Program-made: the position numbers and the translations under genes
From: Candidatus Hodarchaeota archaeon
GTDB taxonomy: Archaea; Asgardarchaeota; Heimdallarchaeia; Hodarchaeales; Hodarchaeaceae
Direction of reading: 5' to 3'
Assembly: GCA_029856365.1 (NCBI GenBank)
Contig: JAHQWW010000004.1
Coordinates: 1 to 64,000, forward strand
DNA length: 64,000 bases
The notes under the pieces: model-generated
What the model saw: the letters and a program-made list of their open reading frames with translations, nothing else
What the model was told of the DNA's origin: nothing
Databases searched by the model: none
In this document: in pieces, positions 31,110 to 39,481 of the stretch
Layout: every line of letters starts with the position of its first letter
How positions within the stretch are numbered: the first letter of the stretch is position 1

Positions 31110-32903
31110 TTACCATGGTTTTACTAATTCTGGTTGAATTGCAGGATCTTCGAATACTATTGTGCCCCGATATTTATCTCTTTTTCCAGCATTATGGATC
31201 TTAATAATTGTTCCAGATGTTATTTTAATTTTAACGCTTTCTTCCAACGCAGGTTCATATGCCTCATCAAATATAAGCTTCCATGTCGAATTATTACTCT
31301 CATTCCAAGCAATGACATGTAATTCATTTCGTTCATGATCTAAATCGAGAATATGGTAAAACCCTTTAAACTGTTCAGCTAAGTCTTCATTTTCCGCAGC
31401 TGTAATTTCTAGAGGAACTTTTGTTTGCCAGGCTGCAGGAACACTTCTTTTCGATTGATCTTTCCCCTCTTCTCTTAACTTCTGTTTAAATATTTTTAAA
31501 ACTTTTAAATCCAGTTCTATAAGGTCTCTTCGTAATCTGGTAAGTATAAAAAGGCGTTTGATTGACCGATAAACCTCCTCTCGGTCGCTGAAATTTTTTA
31601 CAATCGTTTTTAAGACTTCAATTGCGAGCTCTCGTTGGTCATGAGAATACAAATCATTAGCGTATGTATGCATAGAAGATATCATACCATCCAAAAGGTC
31701 TGGATTTCGTTTGAGTAATAATACAGCATCATTTGGTTTTTTGGTTGCAATTAACGAGACCGTGAGACCAAGTAGCTGAGTTGGAGACATTTCATGTTCC
31801 TTTGACGGAACTGATTCAAATAATCTAAGAGCTTGTTTATATTGTCCTAATAACAAGTATAATAATCCTTGTAGGGAAATTAGGTTTTCAATAGCTTCTT
31901 TACCTACAGATATAAAATTCATATAGACGCGACAGGCTTCTGTGTGAACTAACGCCTCTATAATTTGATTTCGTGTTAAATTAAACTCTAGAAGCCAACT
32001 ATGGTGTTCAAATAGTTCTGAACGCAGTAGACGTTCAACAATTACTCGTTGCTCAAGATCATCAATTGAATAGACTAATTCAGAGCTTTTGGTCAAAATT
32101 TCAATAAGAACATCTTCTGCGTCTTGGATGTTAAAGCTTTCTCTCGTTTCTCTTGCTTTAATCACCAATTGTTGGGTAATAATCAGAGCATCTTCAGGTG
32201 TCATGACTTCAGATTCCTTGGCAGAAACAGCTGCATCTGTCCCAACCTCTAATATTGTAGCTTCAGTTCCAACTTGTGCAGCAGACCGTACAAATCGAGC
32301 TGTATCTGTTAAATCATCAATCAACATAGCAACATCAATGTACCGTCGTGTTTTCTTCTTATAACTCCAAGAAGCGCGAAATACTCGTTCCACTGTTTGA
32401 TCGAGAATTTTTCGCATTTCGGGATCAGAAACAGCTGCAGCAAGAATAGATACAAAAGAACCACAGGAAAGATGATTAATTCCTTTGAATACACGATTTT
32501 CTTTAACAATTCGGGCCACCCCTTCATCATCAGACACAAGAGCTACCTTATTGTTATCTTTAAGAGTAAATTTTTTGGCTAAAAGTACAATATCGATATC
32601 TGCTGGGTCATCTTTTACTCGAACCATTCGTTCTTGGACAGCATATCTCGCAGTCTGATTCCAAAGATTCGATCCACGATTAACAGGTTCCATCCGAACA
32701 TATCTCGGGATGGTTTTCCGTAACTCGCGAAATCTTCCTGGGATGTCTGATTTCGGGAGTTCTTCAGGAACCATCACCTCTATCCCGACAGATGAAGTAA
32801 TTTTTTGCAAATTAGGTAATAAAATATCCGAAACACCTGCATTCATCAGAGAAATGAAAAAATTAGTATCAAGTACAACAACATCAAATAGAGTAGCAGA
32901 CAC
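31110..32903 (-). CDS. PIN-domain nuclease fused to helical/TPR region and C-terminal beta domain
   Basis: VVLDTN, ADIDIVLLA, LVSDDEG; later LQGLLYLLLGQYKQALRLF TPR-like; GAGGAG upstream of the GTG. Confidence 0.8.
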   Translation of the reverse strand: MSATLFDVVVLDTNFFISLMNAGVSDILLPNLQKITSSVGIEVMVPEELPKSDIPGRFRELRKTIPRYVRMEPVNRGSNLWNQTARYAVQERMVRVKDDPADIDIVLLAKKFTLKDNNKVALVSDDEGVARIVKENRVFKGINHLSCGSFVSILAAAVSDPEMRKILDQTVERVFRASWSYKKKTRRYIDVAMLIDDLTDTARFVRSAAQVGTEATILEVGTDAAVSAKESEVMTPEDALIITQQLVIKARETRESFNIQDAEDVLIEILTKSSELVYSIDDLEQRVIVERLLRSELFEHHSWLLEFNLTRNQIIEALVHTEACRVYMNFISVGKEAIENLISLQGLLYLLLGQYKQALRLFESVPSKEHEMSPTQLLGLTVSLIATKKPNDAVLLLKRNPDLLDGMISSMHTYANDLYSHDQRELAIEVLKTIVKNFSDREEVYRSIKRLFILTRLRRDLIELDLKVLKIFKQKLREEGKDQSKRSVPAAWQTKVPLEITAAENEDLAEQFKGFYHILDLDHERNELHVIAWNESNNSTWKLIFDEAYEPALEESVKIKITSGTIIKIHNAGKRDKYRGTIVFEDPAIQPELVKPW

Positions 32904-32970
32904 TGATTGTAACTCCTCGCCAAGAAATTTTATTTATAATAGTCCTTCTTAAGATCAAACAGAATGAAAT

Positions 32971-33072
32971 AGCGGAGGGCGTGATTCGAACACGCGTAAT
33001 ACAGCTTTGCAGGCTGCTCCTTAGCTAATCGGACTACTAGTCCCGAAGTTATAGCCACTTTGGTACCTCCGC
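32971..33072 (-). tRNA. tRNA-Cys(GCA) with a 28-nt intron in the D-arm (intron ~33022-33049)
   Basis: Acceptor stem GCGGAGG/CCTCCGC, U discriminator, anticodon arm GCAGC-CTGCAAA-GCTGT, T arm GCGTG-TTCGAAT-CACGC. Removing the insert gives a 74-nt tRNA; CCA is not encoded. Confidence 0.92.
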
Positions 33073-33441
33073 AAATACTTAAAAGACGAAAAGTTTGAAT
33101 ACCAGTTAGTACCAATCAAATCGTTTCTTTTAGCTGGATAATATAAACTTTTTCATTACTCTCCTGTTATTCACCCTAAACACTGATTGTAACTTATCAT
33201 CTGCAATATTTCAACAATGATTAAAAACAAGTATCTGTAATATTTCAAGAAATATTATTAATTCATATTTTTGGGCTGAATATATGATCCTAAAGTGAAA
33301 TTTTTCAAATATAGCGGAGTACCTTTAAGATTTGATTAATTTCGAAATAGCTAAGTTATCTTTTCTTTTTTTCACAATATGAACACACAATTCAAAACAT
33401 TAAAGAGAGAAGAATTTTTTGTTTAATTAAGAGGCATCAAA

Positions 33442-34284
33442 ATGAGTGAACAGAGAATACATGCATTTGTTCCTTCAATGGACGGAGAATATGTCCCAAT
33501 TAAATTCACAAGTCCTGAAAAAGATTTGAAGGAAAATGAGGTCATTATTTTTCTAGATGAAGAACAACGACAAATTTTCATTTGGACTGGTTCAAATTCT
33601 TCAGTTCGAAAACGATTCATTAGTTCCCAAATTGCTCGTCAAATGAGACTGGAAAGAGGACTAACACATAGAATATCAACTGAAGACCAGGGTAATGAAA
33701 CTTCGAATTTTTGGGAGTTTATGGATAGCCTTGGAGGCCAAGAAATTACAGCCAGTACTCTTTTAGAGGTTTCTCCCCCTTCAATATCTACTGATCTCCC
33801 TGAGGCAAAACTAACAGAAATCATTACACATCCCACTACTTTGAAACAAGTAGATTCAATAAAAACAAAGACTCCTATCAAAGCTGAAATGAAATCCAAA
33901 GTCATCCCTCCCAAACCAATAGAGAAACCACCACCTGAAGTAATAACTGAAGAATATGAGATTGAATACCATTGTAAGGAAGAAGTCGGCGTTGTAACTG
34001 AATCTGAGGCTAAGATTCTGTTTAAGGCCACTGATCGAAACCTAATCTTATCGACTCTTCATATTTCAACAGCAGCCACAGAGGGTAGAATTGCTTTATA
34101 TTGTATTCCGAAAATAGCAAAAACCACGACTTGTAAGTCAAAAAAGCCAATCTTTGCCATTTACCTGCAAGAAGGGGCTTCAATTATGGAATTAGATGAT
34201 TTATATATACCTATTCCAGCAGGTAATTCCATTTATTTCACATGCCCTGCCAAGACTTTTATTAGCGTAAACTTAGAATCATAA
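33442..34284 (+). CDS. Gelsolin/villin-like domain protein
   Basis: IIFLD…IFIWTGSNSSVRKRFISSQIA…EDQGNETSNFW matches a gelsolin repeat; Pro-rich linker; C-terminal beta domain. Confidence 0.85.
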   Translation: MSEQRIHAFVPSMDGEYVPIKFTSPEKDLKENEVIIFLDEEQRQIFIWTGSNSSVRKRFISSQIARQMRLERGLTHRISTEDQGNETSNFWEFMDSLGGQEITASTLLEVSPPSISTDLPEAKLTEIITHPTTLKQVDSIKTKTPIKAEMKSKVIPPKPIEKPPPEVITEEYEIEYHCKEEVGVVTESEAKILFKATDRNLILSTLHISTAATEGRIALYCIPKIAKTTTCKSKKPIFAIYLQEGASIMELDDLYIPIPAGNSIYFTCPAKTFISVNLES

Positions 34285-34518
34285 AACAAACATAAGTCAA
34301 TCTCGTGAAAAGTATTCAATCTTCAATCTATTTCATCATTACCTTGATTCATTTTGAAAGTTATATGATAAACTAGATTAGAAGTCAATAGGTAAGATAT
34401 AATCAGAGAGGGAACCTAGAAATCTTTTTAAAATATGGACTAAAGAAATTTTAAGTCCTTGCTAAACTTTGTATAAAAAGGATTTTAATGAATAAAAAGG
34501 TATTTAGGATGCTTTAAA

Positions 34519-35841
34519 ATGGGTGATGCAAGTAAGATCAATTCCCGTATTACAGGTTTCTTCAAAAAAAGTGTAGAAGAACGACAAAACATTATTCAAA
34601 AACTTTGTAATCTAAATCAAGAAGATATAGAGTATTTAAAAGAATCCACCAACACTCTAGATAAAGCTGGTCAAGGTCATTATATAGAAAACACCGTTGC
34701 GGTTATGCAGGTTCCTTTAGGTATCGCTACCAATTTTTCTATCAATGGAACTGATTATTTAGTACCTATGGCCATAGAAGAAGCGTCAGTAGTAGCAGCT
34801 GCCTCAAATTCTGCAAAAGTAGCTCGGACAAATGGGGGATTTTTCACAAGTAGCACACCCCCCATTATGATTGGTCAAATTCAAATGATTAATGTACCTG
34901 ATCCCCACAATGCTCGTGAGAAAATTCTAGAACATGAACAAGAGATTGTAGAATTAGCAAATGAACAGGATCCTATACTGGTGAAATTTGGAGGAGGATG
35001 CCAAGGAATAAACGTGAAAGTATTATCAAATACAATGAAAGGAGCCATGGTTATTACAGAACTATTAGTGGATGTTCGAGATGCAATGGGAGCTAACGCT
35101 GTCAATACAATGAATGAAGCTGTTGCTCAACTGCTGGAAAAGATCGTTGGTGGCCAAGCACTTTTAAGAATCATATCAAACCTGGCAGACAGACGTTTAG
35201 TAAGAGCAAGAGCGGTGTTCAAAGCTAATGAATTGGAAACAAAAGATATGAAAGGTGAAGAAGTGGTTAATGGCATTCTTAACGCATATGCTTTTGCAGA
35301 AGCAGACCCTTACCGATGTAGTACCCATAACAAAGGTATCATGAATGGCATAGATGCAGTGGCAATTGCTACCGCCCAAGATTGGAGAGCGATCGAAGCA
35401 GGTGCTCATACATATGCAGCGGTTAAGGTTCCTGGTAAATATTCCTCGCTCACGACATGGGAAAAAGACGTAAAAGGGGATTTAGTGGGTACCATTGAAT
35501 TACCACTTGCTATTGGTTTAGTTGGAGGTGTTGCACGTATTCATCCTCTTGCTCAAATTTCTTTCAAAATTCTAGGATTGAGTGTTCCTGGAGGAGCGCT
35601 CAAACTTGCAGAAATTATGGCTGCTGTCGGGTTAGCACAGAATTTTGGGGCACTTCGAGCTTTAGCCACTGTAGGCATCCAAGCAGGACATATGAAACTG
35701 CACGCACGAAATTTAGCGGCTTCCATGGGAGCAAAAGGGGTAACTATTGAAAGAATCATTGAGAAAATCTCGGAACGAAAATTGAAAGTCACCTTTGACA
35801 CAGTTAAAGAGATTTATGATGAAGTAAAAGAGGAAATATGA
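34519..35841 (+). CDS. mvaA: HMG-CoA reductase, class II (MvaA-like)
   Basis: IENTVA…PLG, EEASVVAA, DAMGAN, HNKGIMNG, GIQAGHMKLH. Confidence 0.95.
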   Translation: MGDASKINSRITGFFKKSVEERQNIIQKLCNLNQEDIEYLKESTNTLDKAGQGHYIENTVAVMQVPLGIATNFSINGTDYLVPMAIEEASVVAAASNSAKVARTNGGFFTSSTPPIMIGQIQMINVPDPHNAREKILEHEQEIVELANEQDPILVKFGGGCQGINVKVLSNTMKGAMVITELLVDVRDAMGANAVNTMNEAVAQLLEKIVGGQALLRIISNLADRRLVRARAVFKANELETKDMKGEEVVNGILNAYAFAEADPYRCSTHNKGIMNGIDAVAIATAQDWRAIEAGAHTYAAVKVPGKYSSLTTWEKDVKGDLVGTIELPLAIGLVGGVARIHPLAQISFKILGLSVPGGALKLAEIMAAVGLAQNFGALRALATVGIQAGHMKLHARNLAASMGAKGVTIERIIEKISERKLKVTFDTVKEIYDEVKEEI

Positions 35842-35876
35842 AAAATCGTTAATGCTTTTATTCATAAGTTAAATGT

Positions 35877-36578
35877 TTAGCTTTCCCTGTTTAGAAGCTG
35901 TAAATTTTCTAAGTAGTCTAATCCATCGTTAATTTTACCATTTCCCTTCCATAAAAATCGTCCCATCAACTTTAGCCTACAATCAGCACGCAATTGATTA
36001 AGCTTTAGTAGAAGATTTACAAGAATCCGAGCTGATGCACCCCAGATAACCTCATTTTCTTTATAATTAAAAAATGGAACCTTGAAAGTAAAATTATTTT
36101 GGTATGTCATTTCCTTAATTGAAAAAATCTCAGGGTTGGTTAAATCATAAATTTGGGGTTCTAAGATATAGTCGATTTCCGGTGTGTATATTCCTCCATT
36201 ATCAACTTCCTTATTATCCTCAACAAAGCCTACAACTGGTGTAACAACAAATTTACTTATTGTTAAGAGATCATCTATTAATCCTAGGACCATTACGTTT
36301 TGAATCCCTAATTCCTCATTTACTTCTCGTAAAGCTGTATGAATTAAATCCTCATCTTGATCGACCTCATACCTTCCTCCTGGGAAAGATATTTCATTCT
36401 TATGATGAGGCACATTTGCAGTTCGGCGTGTAAAAATAAGAGACCAATCCTTCTTACGTTGGATGAAAGGTATTAATACTGCTGCTCGCTGAAAACCTTC
36501 TGGAAGATCAATGATTAACCGGGATTCGCTCTGAAGGAGTAAACGTAATTCTTCAAGACATGTTGGAAAATTTGGCAA
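35877..36578 (-). CDS. Nudix CoA pyrophosphatase (NUDT7/Pcd1-like)
   Basis: AAVL, FTRR…HKNEISFPGGR, TALREVNEELG, VTPVVG, IWGASA. Confidence 0.92.
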   Translation of the reverse strand: MPNFPTCLEELRLLLQSESRLIIDLPEGFQRAAVLIPFIQRKKDWSLIFTRRTANVPHHKNEISFPGGRYEVDQDEDLIHTALREVNEELGIQNVMVLGLIDDLLTISKFVVTPVVGFVEDNKEVDNGGIYTPEIDYILEPQIYDLTNPEIFSIKEMTYQNNFTFKVPFFNYKENEVIWGASARILVNLLLKLNQLRADCRLKLMGRFLWKGNGKINDGLDYLENLQLLNRES

Positions 36579-37289
36579 TTGAAAATCTCAAGGAACCCTT
36601 TGAAACTTTCTTTATAAAGTACATTCGTGCTATACCAAGTACAAGGATTTACTGAACTGAAGTAGGGGTTATATGAATATCTTTTCCCTCTTAGGTCTAA
36701 TTTAGAAGTAAAACCTTTTATTGTTAAGTATTAGACTTCATTGTTTCGTTAAGTATACGGAAGGTTCTTACCTACAAACTATGGCACCTCGACTAAACCG
36801 TTCACCCCAGTCCTTCTTTTTTACCCAAATGACCTGTCTTTCTTCTCCCATGCCAAATATGAGAATTAAATCTATTAGTTATTTCTCCAGAAAATCAATT
36901 TTTGCTCGTATTTTTTTGATTGAGTCTCCTATTAATCATTTCTCATCTGTCTGCTCCCAATACTAGCCTAAAGAGGAGGTACCACTCCCTTCCCTCCTAG
37001 TTAGGGTGTCTTTACGCGTGTTTGCATCTTTTACGTCTTATATTAGTGAACTTCTTGCTTAAATGTTATAGAAAGATTGATATTTCTTAGCCCCCATCAT
37101 ATCACAAAGTGTATGTATATAATAACCAAAAGACATTAGGAAAATGAATATTATAAAATCGGACAGAATGGTTAAGGAATACACAAAAAGTGTAATAAAT
37201 CCGTTCAAATCGGAAAATATTTCTCCAAAGGGTCAGTTTCTTTGCGTGTATTTTGTTGATTGATATGGTCTAATCTGAGGATTTAGAGA

Positions 37290-37673
37290 GTGCCTTTCAT
37301 TAATATCTCATTCGCTGAAGCTAGCCAATCCTTGCAAGATCCGTCTCTTATCGTTGAATTACTAAAAGAGAAGAAAATCAACCCTAAAGAGTCGAATCTT
37401 CTAGAAAAGTTAGGTCTTTTCTCTAGAAACCGGTCTCCAAGTATTCTTGATGAGATAAGGGTACTATGTGAACAATCATTTGGCATCAAAGGTGAAGACG
37501 CGTTTGAAAAATTGTCTCGTTTTGCTAAAAGCCAGAATAAACGTGTTTCTTGGGTGATTTTTTCACGGACATTCCAATCTATTCAATATGATGACCGAAA
37601 TCCTCTGGAAGATTACAATCCTCGCGTGTCAGAAGTGTTAACCATCACTTCTAAATATAAAGTTGTAAAATGA
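37290..37673 (+). CDS. Hypothetical protein
   Basis: 127 aa; ATGA overlap with the next gene. Confidence 0.7.
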   Translation: MPFINISFAEASQSLQDPSLIVELLKEKKINPKESNLLEKLGLFSRNRSPSILDEIRVLCEQSFGIKGEDAFEKLSRFAKSQNKRVSWVIFSRTFQSIQYDDRNPLEDYNPRVSEVLTITSKYKVVK

Positions 37674-39460
37674 CTCGTGTAGTGACTCTAATGCAACAAT
37701 CAGACTGTGAAGAGCTAGTACGTGAAGCAACAGAAGCTTCTAAGCATTCTCTTGATGTTTCAGCAGCGATTTTTGAAGAGGCAGCAAAATGTTATGACAA
37801 ACTGGGAGATCGGAAAAAAGCTGGGCAATATCTCACTTTAGCAGGAGACTTTTTTCTTGATTTAGATAATAAAGAAAGAGCAGCCTCATGTTATGGAAAA
37901 GCAATAATGAGGCATTTAATGATTGATGATATAAACACGGCTGAAATCTTGCTTGAAAAAGGAAAAGAATATGGATTTTCCTCATCAACTCATCAATATA
38001 GAATTGCATTAGATACGCTGGAAAGACAAAAGAAAGCAAAAACTGAGGAAGATGAAACTGAAGAACCAATAAAAGAAGCAGAAGCCCTTCCAGATGTTGA
38101 TATTCTACCACTTGAAGAGGAAGAAGAAGAGGAGTTAATTCCCCTTGATAATGATTTTTTTTCTCTTGACAAAGATACTCAACCAAAAAAGCAAGAATTC
38201 ATGATTCCTCAACTCGAGAAGGAACAACCCTCAACATTAGGTTCCTATGCTGTTCTTGCAGCCGTTTCACAGGTAACAAGAGAGAAAATAAGTCATGAAA
38301 TTCAAACTAATGCATTTGTAAAGAATTCATCTGGTGAATCACAATTTCTTGAACCACAGTTTACCTTAAGTCCAGTAGAACCTATTGATAATTCAAATGA
38401 TGTTGTCGACATATTAACAAGTAGTCATCCTCCTGATTCTGAGGTTAAAGAAGAATCAGTTCCATTTGAATACTTAAAAAGTAGTGATACTCTTGATTTA
38501 GACTATACAGCAAAAACGGAAATCACTAATGAATTTGAGGACGATTTGGTTGATATCGAAATTATTAATACTATTCCATTCAGCTTTCAAGTAGTTAATA
38601 TTGTAACGGAATTTGAATTAGATGAAAAAAAGCGTACAAGTGATGGATTGGTTTTTACTTGGAAAAAAGATAGGATAGAACCTGGAGAAAAGATTTCTGT
38701 TGAGTATATTCTGAGAAAGCGAGTAGAACGCTCTATTATTTTAAGAAAAGAAAACAAAGTTTCTGTGATAAATATTTATCAATCTATACAGCAAGATTTG
38801 CAGGCTAAATTGGATTTTGTGAATACATCGGGAAAAGTTTTTCATGAAATCTTGGTGGAGGATGTCATTCCCCCCGAATTAATAGTCAATAATTCCAATT
38901 CGAACAAAAAAATCAAACCTGTGACAATACCAACACATGATAGTACCCTTTATAGATGGATTTTCAGCACACTGTTACCAGGTGACAATTTTTCCGTATT
39001 TTATGAATTTCGTGAGAAACCTCTAACTAGACATTATATTGATGAGTATGAATGTGATACTGGTTTCGCCAAAATTGAGAAAATATCACAACCAGCTGTG
39101 GATACTAAACAATGTGAGTACTTGTGGTTTTATTCTTTAGAGAATTCGACATCTGATGACATTACTATGATAGATCGAATTCCTTCAGACTACAATCTAA
39201 TGTTAGTAGATCCACCCCATTTGACCCCTTCCATAAAGAAAGAAAAAACTCATCAAGTTCTAACTTGGCAATTAAGTTCTGACGAAGTTAGAATAATACT
39301 AGTTTTAAGGATAAATGGATCCGAGTCATTCACTTCATTGGCACCTTCGATTGAGTTCACTCGTGGAGAACAACCCCAACTAGTTGAGAAGACAACGAAA
39401 TCAGAGAAAAAAATGGTCAACTTGTGTCGTTTGAAAAAAATATTGAAGGAGTCGATTTAA
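37670..39460 (+). CDS. Alpha-SNAP-like N-terminal helical domain + acidic linker + three Ig-like beta-sandwich repeats
   Basis: AAIFEEAAKCY…AGDFF…AASCYGKA; poly-Glu linker; three repeats of (I/V)xN…(D/N)xIP…W. Confidence 0.75.
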   Translation: MTRVVTLMQQSDCEELVREATEASKHSLDVSAAIFEEAAKCYDKLGDRKKAGQYLTLAGDFFLDLDNKERAASCYGKAIMRHLMIDDINTAEILLEKGKEYGFSSSTHQYRIALDTLERQKKAKTEEDETEEPIKEAEALPDVDILPLEEEEEEELIPLDNDFFSLDKDTQPKKQEFMIPQLEKEQPSTLGSYAVLAAVSQVTREKISHEIQTNAFVKNSSGESQFLEPQFTLSPVEPIDNSNDVVDILTSSHPPDSEVKEESVPFEYLKSSDTLDLDYTAKTEITNEFEDDLVDIEIINTIPFSFQVVNIVTEFELDEKKRTSDGLVFTWKKDRIEPGEKISVEYILRKRVERSIILRKENKVSVINIYQSIQQDLQAKLDFVNTSGKVFHEILVEDVIPPELIVNNSNSNKKIKPVTIPTHDSTLYRWIFSTLLPGDNFSVFYEFREKPLTRHYIDEYECDTGFAKIEKISQPAVDTKQCEYLWFYSLENSTSDDITMIDRIPSDYNLMLVDPPHLTPSIKKEKTHQVLTWQLSSDEVRIILVLRINGSESFTSLAPSIEFTRGEQPQLVEKTTKSEKKMVNLCRLKKILKESI

Positions 39461-39481
39461 ACGTCTAATCTGCCAGATTTC

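Noticed and set aside
32930-33115. 61-aa ORF
   Set aside because: It overlaps the tRNA-Cys gene; spurious.
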